Shown in pieces: positions 13,801-29,400 of a DNA stretch of 64,000 nt. How positions within the stretch are numbered: the first letter of the stretch is position 1; each line of letters begins with the position of its first letter. The notes beneath the pieces are model-generated. The model was given only the letters and a program-made list of their open reading frames with translations. It searched no databases and was not told the origin of the DNA. Origin of the DNA: Eledone cirrhosa (Eukaryota); contig OZ024741.1 of assembly GCA_964016885.1 (NCBI GenBank), positions 248,248,001-248,312,000 of the forward strand. The letters run 5' to 3'. A program made the position numbers and the translations under genes.

Positions 13801-16800
13801 GCTGGATGGAAATTATCTCCCCTTGGACGGCTGGAAATTATCTCCCCTTGGAAGGATGGAAATGATCTCCCCTTGGACGGCTGGAAATTATCTCCCCTTG
13901 GACGGCTGGAAATGATCTCCCCTTGGACGGCAAGAAATTACCTCTCCTTGGACGGCTGAAAATTATCTCCCCTTGGACGGATGGAAATTATCTCCCCCTG
14001 ATTTTTTTTACAAATTATCTCCCCTTGCACGGCTGGAAATTATCTCCCCTTGGACGGCTGGAAATTATCTGCCCTTGATTTTGTTTTTACAAATTATCTC
14101 CCCCTGATTTTTTTTTACAAATTATCTCCCCCTGATTTTTTTTTTACAAATTATATCCGCCTGATTTTTTTTTAAAAATGATCTCCCCTTGGACGGCTGG
14201 AAATTATCTCCCCTTGGACGGCTGGAAATGATCTCCCCTTGGACGGCAAGAAATTACCTCTCCTTGGACGGCTGAAAATTATCTCCCCTTGGACGGATGG
14301 AAATTATCTCCCCCTGATTTTTTTTACAAATTATCTCCCCTTGGACGGCTGGAAATTATCTCCCCTTGATTTTTTTTACAAATTATCTCCCCCTGATTTT
14401 TTTTTACAAATTATCTCCCCCTGATTTTTTTTTTACAAATTATATCCGCCTGATTTTTTTTTAAAAATGATCTCCCCTTGGACGGCTGGAAATTATCTCC
14501 CCTTGGACGGCTGGAAATGATCTCCCCTTGGACGGCAAGAAATTACCTCTCCTTGGACGGCTGAAAATTATCTCCCCTTGGACGGATGGAAATTATCTCC
14601 CCCTGATTTTTTTTACAAATTATCTCCCCTTGCACGGCTGGAAATTATCTCCCCTTGGACGGCTGGAAATTATCTGCCCTTGATTTTGTTTTTACAAATT
14701 ATCTCCCCCTGATTTTTTTTACAAATTATCTCCACCTGATATTTTAAAAAATTATCTCCCCTTGGACGGCTGGAAATTATCTCCCCTTGGCTGGAAATTA
14801 TCTCCCCTTGGACGGCTAGAAATTATCTCTCTTTGGACGGCTGGAAATTATCTCCCCTTGATTCTTTTTACAAATTATCTCCCCCTGATTTTTTTTACAA
14901 ATCTACCATTGATTTTTAAAAAAAAATTATCTCCCCTTCGCTGGCTGGAAATTATCTCCCCTTGGACGCTGGAAATTATAGCCCCTTGGAGGCTGGAAAT
15001 TATCTTCCCTTGGACGGCTGGAAATTATCTGCACTTGATTTTGTTTTTACAAATTATCTTCCCCTGATTTTTTTTACAAATTATCTCCACCTGATTTTTT
15101 AAAAAATTATCTCTCCTTGGACGGCTGGAAATTATCTCCCCTTGGCTGGAAATTATCTCCCCTTGGACGACTAGAAATTATCTCTCTTTGGACGGCTGGA
15201 AATTATCTCCCCTTGATTTTTTTACAAATTATCTCCCCCTGATTTTTTTTTTACAAATTATCTCCCCCTGATTTTTTTTTTACAAATTATCTCCCCCTGA
15301 TTTTTTTACAAATTATCTCCCCCTGATTTATTTTACAAATTATCTCCGCCTGATTTTTTTAAATATCATCTTCCCTTGGCTGGCGGGAAATAATCTCCCC
15401 TTGGACGGCTGGAAATTATCTCCCCTTGGAAGGATGGAAATTATCTCCCCTTGGACGGCTGGAAATTATCTCCCCTTGCACGGCTGGAAATTATCTCCCC
15501 TTGGACGGCTGGAAATTATCTCCCCTTGGCTGGAAATTATCTCCCATTGGACGGCTAGAAATTATCTCTCTTTGGACGGCTGGAAATTATCTCCCCTTGA
15601 TTTTTTTTACAAATTATCTCCCCCTGATTTTTTTTACAAATCTCCCAGTGATTTTTTAAAAAAATTATCTCCCCTTCGCTGGCTGGAAATTATCTCCCCT
15701 TGGACGCTGGAAATTATAGCCCCTTGGAGGGCTGGAAGTTATCTTCCCTTGGAGGGCTGGAAATTATCTTCCCTTGGACGGCTGGAAATTATCTCCCCTT
15801 GATTTTTTTTTAATTATCTCCCCCTGATTTTTTTTACAAATTATCTGCCCGATTTTTTTTAAAAAATTATCTCCGCCTGAATTTTTTTTTAAATTATCTC
15901 TCCTTGGACGGCTGGAAATTATCTCCCCTTGATTTTTTTTTACAAATTATCTCCCCCTGATTTTTTTTTACAAATTATCTCCCCCTGATTTTTTTTTACA
16001 AATTATCTCCCCCTGATTTTTTTTAAAAATTATCTCCCCCTGATTTTTTTTTACAAATTATCGCCCCCTGATTTTTTTACAAATTATCTCCCCCTGATTT
16101 TTTTTTCAAATTATCTCCGCCTGATTTTTTTAAATATTATCTTCCCTTGGCTGGCGGGAAATTATCTCCCCTTGGACGGCTGGAAATTATCTCCCCTTGC
16201 ACTGCTGGAAATTATCTCCCCTTGGACGGCTGGAAATTATCTGCCCTTGATTTTGTTTTTACAAATTATCTCCACCTGATTTTTTAAAAATTATCTCCCC
16301 TTGGACGGCTGGAAATTATGTCCCCTTGGCTGGAAATTATCTCCCCTTGGACGGCTAGAAATTATCTCTCTTTGGACGGCTGGAAATTATCTCCCCTTGA
16401 TTGTTTTTACAAATTATCTCCCCCTGATTTTTTTTTACAAATTATCTCCCCCTGATTTTTTTTACAACTTATCTCCGCCTGATTTTTTAAAAAAAATTAT
16501 CTCCCCTTGGACGGCTGGAAATTATCTCCCCTTGGACGGCTGGAAATTATCTCTCCTTGGACGGCTAGAAATTACCTCTCCTTGGACGGCTGAAAATTAT
16601 CTCCCCTTGGACGGCTGGAAATTATCTCCCCTTGTTTTTTTTTACAAATTATCTCCCCCTGATTTTTTTTTACAAATTATCTCCCCCTGATTTTTTTTAC
16701 AAATTATCTCCCCCTGATTTTTTTTTACAAATTATCTCCCCCTGATTTTTTTTACAAATTATATACCCTTGGCTGGCTGGAAATTATCTCCCCTTGGAGG

Positions 16801-19200
16801 CTGGAATTTATCTCCCCTTGGACGGCTAGAAATTACCTCTCCTTGGACGGCTGGAAATTATGTCTCCTTGGACGGCTGGAAATTATCTCCGCTTGGACGG
16901 CTGGAAATTATCTCCCCTTGGACGGCTGGAAATTATCTCCCCTTGGACGGCTAGATATTACCTCTCCTTGGACGGCTGGAAATTATCTGCCCTTGGACGG
17001 CTGGATATTATCTCCCTTTGGACGGCTGGAAATTATTTCCCCTTGATTTTTTTTACAAATTATCTCCCCCATATTTTTTTTACAAATCTCCACCTAATTA
17101 AAAAAAAAATTATCTCCCCTTCGCTGGCTGGAAATTATCTTCCTTTGGACGGCTGGAAATTATAGCCGCTTGTAGGGCTGGAAATTATCTCCCCTTGGAC
17201 GGCTGGAAATTATCTCCCCTTGATTTTTTTTACTAAGTATCTCACCCTGATTTTTTTTTACAAATTATCTCCGCCTGATTTTTAAAAAAAAATTATCTCC
17301 CCTTGGCTGGATGGAAATTATCTCCCCTTGGACGGCTGGAAATTATCTGCCCTTGATTTCTTCTACAAATTATCTACCCCTGATTTTTTTTTTACAAATT
17401 ATCTCTCCCTGATTTTTTTTTACAAATATCTCCCCTTGGCTGGCTGGAAATTAACTCCCCCTGATTTTTTTTACAAATTATCTCCCCTGATTTAAAAAAA
17501 AAATTATCTCCCCTTGGACGGCTGGAAATTATCGCGCCCTGATTTTTTTTAACAAATTATCTCCACTTGATTTTTTTTACAAATCATCTCCGCCTGATTT
17601 TTTTTAAATATTATCTCCCTTGGCTTGCTGGAAATTATCTCCCCTTGGACGGCTATAAATTATCTCTCCTTCGACGGCTGGAAATTATCTCCCCTTGATT
17701 TTTTTACAAATTATCTCCCCTTGATTTTTTTTTACCAATCTACCCCTGATTTAAAAAAAAAAATTATCTCCCCTTCGCTGGCTGGAAATTATCTCCCCTT
17801 GGACGGCTGGAAATTATCTCCCCTTGATTTTTTTTACAAATTATCTACCCCTGATTTTTTTACAAATTATCTCCCCCTGATTTTTTTTTACAAATTATCT
17901 CCCCTGATTTTTTTTTTTTACAAATTATCTCCGCCTGATTTTTTAAAAATTATCTCCCCTTGGCTGGATGGAAATTATCTCCCCTTGGACGGCTGGAAAT
18001 TATCTCCCCTTGGAAGGATGGAAATGATCTCCCCTTGGACGGCTGGAAATTATCTCCCCTTGGACGGCTGGAAATGATCTCCCCTTGGACGGCAAGAAAT
18101 TACCTCTCCTTGGACGGCTGAAAATTATCTCCCCTTGGACGGATGGAAATTATCTCCCCCTGATTTTTTTTACAAATTATCTCCCCTTGCACGGCTGGAA
18201 ATTATCTCCCCTTGGACGGCTGGAAATTATCTGCCCTTGATTTTGTTTTTACAAATTATCTCCCCCTGATTTTTTTTTACAAATTATCTCCCCCTGATTT
18301 TTTTTTTACAAATTATATCCGCCTGATTTTTTTTTAAAAATGATCTCCCCTTGGACGGCTGGAAATTATCTCCCCTTGGACGGCTGGAAATGATCTCCCC
18401 TTGGACGGCAAGAAATTACCTCTCCTTGGACGGCTGAAAATTATCTCCCCTTGGACGGATGGAAATTATCTCCCCCTGATTTTTTTTACAAATTATCTCC
18501 CCTTGCACGGCTGGAAATTATCTTCCCTTGGACGGCTGGAAATTATCTCCCCTTGATTTTTTTTACAAATTATCTCCCCCTGATTTTTTTTTACAAATTA
18601 TCTCCCCCTGATTTTTTTTTTACAAATTATATCCGCCTGATTTTTTTTTAAAAATGATCTCCCCTTGGACGGCTGGAAATTATCTCCCCTTGGACGGCTG
18701 GAAATGATCTCCCCTTGGACGGCAAGAAATTACCTCTCCTTGGACGGCTGAAAATTATCTCCCCTTGGACGGATGGAAATTATCTCCCCCTGATTTTTTT
18801 TACAAATTATCTCCCCTTGCACGGCTGGAAATTATCTCCCCTTGGACGGCTGGAAATTATCTGCCCTTGATTTTGTTTTTACAAATTATCTCCCCCTGAT
18901 TTTTTTTACAAATTATCTCCACCTGATATTTTAAAAAATTATCTCCCCTTGGACGGCTGGAAATTATCTCCCCTTGGCTGGAAATTATCTCCCCTTGGAC
19001 GGCTAGAAATTATCTCTCTTTGGACGGCTGGAAATTATCTCCCCTTGATTCTTTTTACAAATTATCTCCCCCTGATTTTTTTTACAAATCTACCATTGAT
19101 TTTTAAAAAAAAATTATCTCCCCTTCGCTGGCTGGAAATTATCTCCCCTTGGACGCTGGAAATTATAGCCCCTTGGAGGCTGGAAATTATCTTCCCTTGG
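10880..19200 (+). repeat. ~4.15 kb tandem higher-order repeat (2 copies)
   Basis: tctgcacttg occurs at 10,891 and 15,028. ORF offsets are 4,137 (11264/15401), 4,162 (12607/16769, 13463/17625) and 4,187 (14762/18949). Confidence 0.9.
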
Positions 19201-22200
19201 ACGCCTGAAAATTATCTCCCCTTGATTTTTTTTACAAATTATCTCCCCCTGATTTTTTTTTTACAAATTATATCCGCCTGATTTTTTTTTAAAAATGATC
19301 TCCCCTTGGACGGCTGGAAATTATCTCCCCTTGGACGACTGGAAATGATCTCCCCTTGGACGGCTAGAAATTACCTCTCCTTGGACGGCTGAAAATTATC
19401 TCCCCTTGATTTTTTTTACAAATTATCTCCCCCTGATTTGTTTTTTTACAAATTATCTCCCCCTGATTTTATTTTACATATTATCTACCCCTGATTTTTT
19501 TTTACAAATTATCTCCCTGACTTTTTTACAAATTATCTCCCCCTGATTTTTTTTTACAAATTATCTCCCCCTGATTTATTTTACAAATTATCTCCGCCTG
19601 ATTTTTTTAAATATTATCTTCCCTTGGAAATAATCTCCCCTTGGACGGCTGGAAATTATCTCCCCTTGGAAGGATGGAAATTATCTCCCCTTGGACGGCT
19701 GGAAATTATCTCCCCTTGCACGGCTGGAAATTATCTCCCCTTGGACGGCTAGAAATTATCTCTCTTTGGACGGCTGGAAATTATCTCCCCTTGAATTTTT
19801 TTACAAATTATCTCCCCCTGATTTTTTTTACAAATCTCCCAGTGATTTTTAAAAAAAAATTATCTCCCTTTCGCTGGCTGGAAATTATAGCCCCTTGGAG
19901 GGCTGGAAATTATCTTCCCTTGGACGGCTGGAAATTATCTCCCCTTGATTTTTTTACATATTATCTCCCCCTGATTTTTTTTTACAAATTATCTCCCCCT
20001 GATTTTTTTTTTACAAATTATCTCCGCCTGATTTTTTTAAAAAAATTATCTCCCCTTGGACGGCTGGAAATTATCTCCCCTTGGACGGCTAGAAATTACC
20101 TCTCCTTGGACGGCTGAAAATTATCTCCCCTTGGACGGCTGGAAAATATCTCCCCTTGATTTTTTTACAAATTATCTCCCCCTGATTTTTTTTTACAAAT
20201 TATCTCCCCCTGATTTTTTTTACAAATTATCTCCCCCTGATTTTTTTTTACAAATTATCTCCCCCTGATTTTTTTTACAAATTAGATCCCCTTGGCTGGC
20301 TGGAAATTATCTCCCCTTGGAGGCTGGAATTTATCTCCCCTTGGACGGCTAGAAATTACCTCTCCTTGGACGGCTGGAAATTATGTCTCCTTGGACGGCT
20401 GGAAATTATCTCCCCTTGGACGGCTGGAAATTATCTCCCCTTGGACGGCTGGAAATTATCTCCCCTTGGACGGCTAGATATTACCTCTGCTTGGACGGCT
20501 GGAAATTATCTGCCCTTGGCTGGATGGAAATTATCTCCCCTTGGACGGCTGGAAATTATCTCCCCTTGATTTCTTCTACAAATTATCTACCCCTGATTTT
20601 TTTTTTACAAATTATCTCTCCCTGATTTTTTTTTACAAATATCTCCCCTTGGCTGGCTGGAAATTAACTCCCGCTGATATTTTTTTACAAATTAGCTCCC
20701 CCTGATTTTTTTTTTCAAATTATCTCCCCCTGATTTTTTTCACAAATTATCTCCCCCTGATTTTTTTTACAAATTATCTCCCCTGATTTAAAAAAAAAAA
20801 TTATCTCCCCTTGGACGGCTGGAAATTATCGCCCCCTGATTTTTTTTAACAAATTATCACCACCTGATTTTTTTTACAAATCATCTCCGCCTGATTTTTT
20901 TAAAATATTATCTCCCTTGGCTTGCTGGAAATTATCTCCCCTTGGACGGCTATAAATTATCTCCCCTTGGACGGCTGGAAATTATCTCCCCTTGATTTTT
21001 TTACAAATTATCTACCCCTGATTTTTTTACAAATTATCTCCCCCTGATTTTTTTTTACAAATTATCACCCCCTGATTTTTTTTTTTTACAAATTATCTCC
21101 GCCTGATTTTTTTAAAATTATCTCCCCTTGGCTGGATGGAAATTATCTCCCCTTGGACGGCTGGAAATTATCTCCCCTTGGAAGGATGGAAATTATCTCC
21201 CCTTGGACGGCTGGAAATTATCTCCCCTTGCACGGCTGGAAATTATCTCCCCTTGGACGGCTAGAAATTACCTCTCCTTGGACGGCTGAAAATTATCTCC
21301 CCTTGGACGGCTGGAAATTATCTCCCCCTGATTTTTTTTACAAATTATCTCCCCTTGCACGGCTGGAAATTATCTCCCCTTGGACGGCTGGAAATTATCT
21401 GCCCTTGATTTTGTTTTTACAAATTATCTCCCTCTGATTTTTTTTACAAATTATCTCCACCTGATATTTTAAAAAATTATCTCCCCTTGGACGGCTGGAA
21501 ATTATCTCCCCTTGGCTGGAAATTATCTCCCCTTGGACGGCTAGAAATTATCTCTCTTTGGACGGCTGGAAATTATCTCCCCTTGATTCTTTTTACAAAT
21601 TATCTCCCCCTGATTTTTTTTACAAATCTACCATTGATTTTTTAAAAAAAATTATCTCCCCTTCGCTGGCTGGAAATTATCTCCCCTTGGACGCTGGAAA
21701 TTATAGCCCCTTGGAGGCTGGAAATTATCTTCCCTTGGACGGCTGGAAATTATCTCCCCTTGATTTTTTTTACAAATTATCTCCCCCTGATTTTTTTTTT
21801 ACAAATTATATCCGCCTGATTTTTTTAAAAAAATGATCTCCCCTTGGACGGCTGGAAATTATCTCCCCTTGGACGGCTGGAAATGATCTCCCCTTGGACG
21901 GCTAGAAATTACCTCTCCTTGGACGGCTGAAAATTATCTCCCCTTGATTTTTTTTACAAATTATCTCCCCCTGATTTGTTTTTTTACAAATTATCTCCCC
22001 CTGATTTTATTTTACATATTATCTACCCCTGATTTTTTTTTACAAATTATCTCCCTGACTTTTTTACAAATTATCTCCCCCTGATTTTTTTTTTACAAAT
22101 TATCTCCCCCTGATTTATTTTACAAATTATCTCTGCCTGATTTTTTTAAATATTATCTTCCCTTGGAAATAATCTCCCCTTGGACGGCTGGAAATTATAT

Positions 22201-23030
22201 CCCCTTGGAAGGATGGAAATTATCTCCCCTTGGACGGCTGGAAATTATCTCCCCTTGCACGGCTGGAAATTATCTCCCCTTGGACGGCTAGAAATTATCT
22301 CTCTTTGGACGGCTGGAAATTATCTCCCCTTGATTTTTTTTACAAATTATCTCCCCCTGATTTTTTTTACAAATCTCCCAGTGATTTTTTAAAAAAAATT
22401 ATCTCCCTTTCGCTGGCTGGAAATTATAGCCCCTTGGAGGGCTGGAAATTATCTTCCCTTGGACGGCTGGAAATTATCTCCCCTTGATTTTTTTACATAT
22501 TATCTCCCCCTGATTTTTTTTTACAAATTATCTCCCCCTGATTTTTTTTTTACAAATTATCTCCGCCTGATTTTTTTAAAAAAATTATCTCCCCTTGGAC
22601 GGCTGGAAATTATCTCCCCTTGGACGGCTAGAAATTACCTCTCCTTGGACGGCTGAAAATTATCTCCCCTTGGACGGCTGGAAAATATCTCCCCTTGATT
22701 TTTTTACAAATTATCTCCCCCTGATTTTTTTTTACAAATTATCTCCCCCTGATTTTTTTTTACAAATTATCTCCCCCTGATTTTTTTTACAAATTAGATC
22801 CCCTTGGCTGGCTGGAAATTATCTCCCCTTGGAGGCTGGAATTTATCTCCCCTTGGACGGCTAGAAATTACCTCTCCTTGGACGGCTGGAAATTATGTCT
22901 CCTTGGACGGCTGGAAATTATCTCCCCTTGGACGGCTGGAAATTATCTCCCCTTGGACGGCTGGAAATTATCTCCCCTTGGACGGCTAGATATTACCTCT
23001 CCTTGGACGGCTGGAAATTATCTGCCCTTG
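19200..23030 (+). repeat. Duplication with ~2.5 kb offset (~19.2-20.5 kb repeated at ~21.7-23.0 kb)
   Basis: ORF offsets are 2,539 (19641/22180, 20056/22595) and 2,512 (20292/22804). The rare variant aaattagatcccc occurs at ~20,280 and ~22,791. Confidence 0.8.
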
Positions 23031-23487
23031 GACGGCTGGAAATTATCTCCCCTTGGACGGCTGGAAATTATTTCCCCTTGATTTTTTTTACAAATTATCT
23101 CCCCCTGATTTTTTTTTACAAATCTCCACCTAATTAAAAAAAAAAATTATCTCCCCTTCGCTGGCTGGAAATTATCTTCCTTTGGACGGCTGGAAATTAT
23201 AGCCGCTTGTAGGGCTGAAAATTATCTCCCCTTGGACGGCTGGAAATTATCTCCCCTTGATTTTTTTTACTAAGTATCTCACCCTGATTTTTTTTTACAA
23301 ATTATCTCCGCCTGATTTTTAAAAAAAAATTATCTCCCCTTGGCTGGATGGAAATTATCTCCCCTTGGACGGCTGGAAATTATCTCCCCTTGATTTCTTC
23401 TACAAATTATCTACCCCTGATTTTTTTTTCACAAATTATCTCTCCCTGATTTTTTTTTACAAATATCTCCCCTTGGCTGGCTGGAAA

Positions 23488-26400
23488 TTAACTCCCGCTG
23501 ATATTTTTTTACAAATTAGCTCCCTCTGATTTTTTTTTTCAAATTATCTCCCCCTGATTTTTTTCACAAATTATCTCCCCCTGATTTTTTTTACAAATTA
23601 TCTCCCCTGATTTTAAAAAAAAAATTATCTCCCCTTGGACGGCTGGAAATTATCGCCCCCTGATTTTTTTTAACAAATTATCACCACCTGATTTTTTTTA
23701 CAAATCATCTCCGCCTGATTTTTTTAAAATATTATCTCCCTTGGCTTGCTGGAAATTATCTCCCCTTGGACGGCTATAAATTATCTCTCCTTCGACGGCT
23801 GGAAATTATCTCCCCTTGATTTTTTTACAAATTATCTCCCCCTGATTTTTTTTTACCAATCTACCCCTGATTTAAAAAAAAAAATTATCTCCCCTTCGCT
23901 GGCTGGAAATTATCTCCCCTTGGACGGCTGGAAATTATCTCCCCTTGATTTTTTTTACAAATTATCTACCCCTGATTTTTTTACAAATTATCTCCCCCTG
24001 ATTTTTTTTTACAAATTATCTCCCCCTGATTTTTTTTTTTTACAAATTATCTCCGCCTGATTTTTTTAAAATTATCTCCCCTTGGCTGGATGGAAATTAT
24101 CTCCCCTTGGACGGCTGGAAATTATCTCCCCTTGGAAGGATGGAAATTATCTCCCCTTGGACGGCTGGAAATTATCTCCCCTTGCACGGCTGGAAATTAT
24201 CTCCCCTTGGACGGCTAGAAATTACCTCTCCTTGGACGGCTGAAAATTATCTCCCCTTGGACGGCTGGAAATTATCTCCCCCTGATTTTTTTTACAAATT
24301 ATCTCCCCTTGCACGGCTGGAAATTATCTCCCCTTGGACGGCTGGAAATTATCTGCCCTTGATTTAGTTTTTACAAATTATCTCCCCCTGATTTTTTTTA
24401 CAAATTATCTCCACCTGATATTTTAAAAAATTATCTCCCCTTGGACGGCTGGAAATTATCTCCCCTTGGCTGGAAATTATCTCCCCTTGGACGGCTAGAA
24501 ATTATCTCTCTTTGGACGGCTGGAAATTATCTCCCCTTGATTCTTTTTACAAATTATCTCCCCCTGATTTTTTTTACAAATCTACCATTGATTTTTTTAA
24601 AAAAATTATCTCCCCTTCGCTGGCTGGAAATTATCTCCCCTTGGACGCTGGAAATTATAGCCCCTTGGAGGCTGGAAATTATCTTCCCTTGGACGGCTGG
24701 AAATTATCTCCCCTTGATTTTTTTTACAAATTATCTCCCCCTGATTTTTTTTTTACAAATTATATCCGCCTGAATTTTTTTAAAAAATGATCTCCCCTTG
24801 GACGGCTGGAAATTATCTCCCCTTGGACGGCTGGAAATGATCTCCCCTTGGACGGCTAGAAATTACCTCTCCTTGGACGGCTGAAAATTATCTCCCCTTG
24901 ATTTTTTTTACAAATTATCTCCCCCTGATTTGTTTTTTTACAAATTATCTCCCCCTGATTTTATTTTACATATTATCTACCCCTGATTTTTTTTTACAAA
25001 TTATCTCCCTGACTTTTTTACAAATTATCTCCCCCTGATTTTTTTTTTACAAATTATCTCCCCCTGATTTATTTTACAAATTATCTCCGCCTGATTTTTT
25101 TAAATATTATCTTCCCTTGGAAATAATCTCCCCTTGGACGGCTGGAAATTATCTCCCCTTGGAAGGATGGAAATTATCTCCCCTTGGACGGCTGGAAATT
25201 ATCTCCCCTTGCACGGCTGGAAATTATCTCCCCTTGGACGGCTAGAAATTATCTCTCTTTGGACGGCTGGAAATTATCTCCCCTTGATTTTTTTTACAAA
25301 TTATCTCCCCCTGATTTTTTTTACAAATCTCCCAGTGATTTTTTAAAAAAAATTATCTCCCTTTCGCTGGCTGGAAATTATAGCCCCTTGGAGGGCTGGA
25401 AATTATCTTCCCTTGGACGGCAAGAAATTATCTCCCCTTGATTTTTTTACATATTATCTCCCCCTGATTTTTTTTTACAAATTATCTCCCCCTGATTTTT
25501 TTTTTACAAATTATCTCCGCCTGATTTTTTAAAAAAAATTATCTCCCCTTGGACGGCTGGAAATTATCTCCCCTTGGACGGCTGGAAATTATCTCCCCTT
25601 GGACGGCTAGAAATTACCTCTCCTTGGACGGCTGAAAATTATCTCCCCTTGGACGCTGGAAATTATAGCCCCTTGGAGGCTGGAAATTATCTTCCCTTGG
25701 ACGGCTGGAAATTATCTCCCCTTGATTTTTTTTACAAATTATCTCCCCCTGATTTTTTTTTACAAATTATCTCCTCCTGATTTTTTTTTTACAAATTATA
25801 TCCGCCTGATTTTTTTTTAAAAATGATCTCCCCTTGGACGGCTGGAAATGATCTCCCCTTAATTTTTTTTACAAATTATCTCCCCCTGATTTTTTTTTTT
25901 ACAAATTATCTCCCCCTGATTTTATTTTACATATTATCTACCCCTGATTTTTTTTCACAAATTATCTCCCTGACTTTTTTACAAATTATCTCCCCCTGAT
26001 TTTTTTTTTACAAATTATCTCCCCCTGATTTATTTTACAAATTATCTCCGCCTGATTTTTTTAAATATTATCTTCCCTTGGAAATAATCTCCCCTTGGAC
26101 GGCTGGAAATTATCTCCCCTTGGAAGGATGGAAATTATCTCCCCTTGGACGGCTGGAAATTATCTCCCCTTGCACGGCTGGAAATTATCTCCCCTTGGAC
26201 GGCTAGAAATTATCTCTCTTTGGACGGCTGGAAATTATCTCCCCTTGATTTTTTTTACAAATTATCTCCCCCTGATTTTTTTTACAAATCTCCCAGTGAT
26301 TTTTAAAAAAAAATTATCTCCCTTTCGCTGGCTGGAAATTATCTCCCCTTGGACGCTGGAAATTATAGCCCCTTGGAGGGCTGGAAATTATCTTCCCTTG

Positions 26401-29400
26401 GACGGCTGGAAATTATCTCCCCTTGATTTTTTTACATATTATCTCCACCTGATTTTTTTTTACAAATTATCTCCCCGATTTTTTTTTACAAATTATCTCC
26501 CCCTGATTTTTTTTTTACAAATTATCTCCGCCTGATTTTTTTAAAAAAATTATCTCCCCTTGGACGGCTGGAAATTATCTCCCCTTGGACGGCTGGAAAT
26601 TATCTCCCCTTGGACGGCTAGAAATTACCTCTCCTTGGACGGCTGAAAATTATCTCCCCTTGGACGGCTGGAAAATATTTCCCCTTGATTTTTTTACAAA
26701 TTATCTCCCCCTGATTTTTTTTACAAATTATCTCCCCCTGATTTTTTTTTTACAAATTATCTCCCCCTGATTTTTTTTTACAAATTATCTCCCCCTGATT
26801 TTTTTACAAATTATCTCCCCTTGGCTGGCTGGAAATTATCTCCCCTTGGAGGCTGGAATTTATCTCCCCTTGGACGGCTGGAAATTATCTCCCCTTGGAC
26901 GGCTAGAAATTACCTCTCCTTGGACGGCTGGAAATTATCTTCCCTTGAACGGCTGGAAATTATCTCCCCTTGGACGGCTGGAAATGATCTCCCCTTGGAC
27001 GGCTGGAAATTATCTCCCCTTGGAAGGATGGAAATTATCTCCCCTTGGACGGCTGGAAATTATCTCCCCTTGCACGGCTGGAAATTATCTCCCCTTGGAC
27101 GGCTAGAAATTATCTCTCTTTGGACGGCTGGAAATTATCTCCCCTTGATTTTTTTTACAAATTATCTCCCCCTGATTTTTTTTACAAATCTCCCAGTGAT
27201 TTTTAAAAAAAAATTATCTCCCTTTCGCTGGCTGGAAATTATAGCCCCTTGGAGGGCTGGAAATTATCTTCCCTTGGACGGCAAGAAATTATCTCCCCTT
27301 GATTTTTTTACATATTATCTCCCCCTGATTTTTTTTTATAAATTATCTCCCCCTGATTTTTTTTTTACAAATTATCTCCGCCTGATTTTTTTAAAAAAAT
27401 TATCTCCCCTTGGACGGCTGGAAATTATCTCCCCTTGGACGGCTGGAAATTATCTCCCCTTGGACGGCTAGAAATTACCTCTCCTTGGACGGCTGAAAAT
27501 TATCTCCCCTTGGACGCTGGAAATTATAGCCCCTTGGAGGCTGGAAATTATCTTCCCTTGGACGGCTGGAAATTATCTCCCCTTGATTTTTTTTACAAAT
27601 TATCTCCCCCTGATTTTTTTTTACAAATTATCTCCCCCTGATTTTTTTTTTACAAATTATATCCGCCTGATTTTTTTTTAAAAATGATCTCCCCTTGGAC
27701 GGCTGGAAATTATCTCCCCTTGGACGGCTGGAAATGATCTCCCCTTGGACGGCAAGAAATTACCTCTCCTTGGACGGCTGAAAATTATCTCCCCTTAATT
27801 TTTTTTACAAATTATCTCCCCCTGATTTTTTTTTTTACAAATTATCTCCCCCTGATTTTATTTTACATATTATCTACCCCTGATTTTTTTTCACAAATTA
27901 TCTCCCTGACTTTTTTACAAATTATCTCCCCCTGATTTTTTTTTTACAAATTATCTCCCCCTGATTTATTTTACAAATTATCTCCGCCTGATTTTTTTAA
28001 ATATTATCTTCCCTTGGAAATAATCTCCCCTTGGACGGCTGGAAATTATCTCCCCTTGGAAGGTTGGAAATTATCTCCCCTTGGACGGCTGGAAATTATC
28101 TCCCCTTGCACGGCTGGAAATTATCTCCCCTTGGACGGCTAGAAATTATCTCTCTTTGGAGGCTGGAAATTATCTCCCCTTGATTTTTTTTACAAATTAT
28201 CTCCCCCTGATTTTTTTTACAAATCTCCCAGTGATTTTTAAAAAAAAATTATCTCCCTTTCGCTGGCTGGAAATTATCTCCCCTTGGACGCTGGAAATTA
28301 TAGCCCCTTGGAGGGCTGGAAATTATCTTCCCTTGGACGGCTGGAAATTATCTCCCCTTGATTTTTTTACATATTATCTCCACCTGATTTTTTTTTACAA
28401 ATTATCTCCCCGATTTTTTTTTACAAATTATCTCCCCCTGATTTTTTTTTTACAAATTATCTCCGCCTGATTTTTTTAAAAAAATTATCTCCCCTTGGAC
28501 GGCTGGAAATTATCTCCCCTTGGACGGCTGGAAATTATCTCCCCTTGGACGGCTAGAAATTACCTCTCCTTGGACGGCTGAAAATTATCTCCCCTTGGAC
28601 GGCTGGAAAATATTTCCCCTTGATTTTTTTACAAATTATCTCCCCCTGATTTTTTTTACAAATTATCTCCCCCTGATTTTTTTTTTACAAATTATCTCCC
28701 CCTGATTTTTTTTTACAAATTATCTCCCCCTGATTTTTTTACAAATTATCTCCCCTTGGCTGGCTGGAAATTATCTCCCCTTGGAGGCTGGAATTTATCT
28801 CCCCTTGGACGGCTGGAAATTATCTCCCCTTGGACGGCTAGAAATTACCTCTCCTTGGACGGCTGGAAATTATCTTCCCTTGAACGGCTGGAAATTATCT
28901 CCCCTTGGACGGCTGGAAATGATCTCCCCTTGGACGGCTGGAAATTATCTCCCCTTGGACGGCTAGAAATTACCTCTCCTTCGACGGCTGGAAATTATCT
29001 CCCCTTGGACGGCTGGAAATTATCTCCCCTTGGACGGCTGGAAATTATTTCCCCTTGATTTTTTTTACAAATTATCTCCCCCTGATTTTTTTTACAAATC
29101 TCCCCCTAATTTAAAAAAAAATTATCTCCCCTTCGCTGGCTGGAAATTATCTCCCTTTGGACGGCTGGAAATTATAGCTGCTTGTAGGGCTGGAAATTAT
29201 CTCCTCTTGGACGGCTGGAAATTATCTCCCCTTGATTTTTTTTACTAATTATCTCCCCCTGATTTTTTTTTACAAATTATCTCCGCCTGATTTTTTAAAA
29301 AAAATTATCTCCCCTTGGCTGGATGGAAATTTTCTCCCCTTGGACGGCTGGAAATTATCTCCCCTTTATGTCTTCTACAAATTATCTTCCCCTGATTTTT

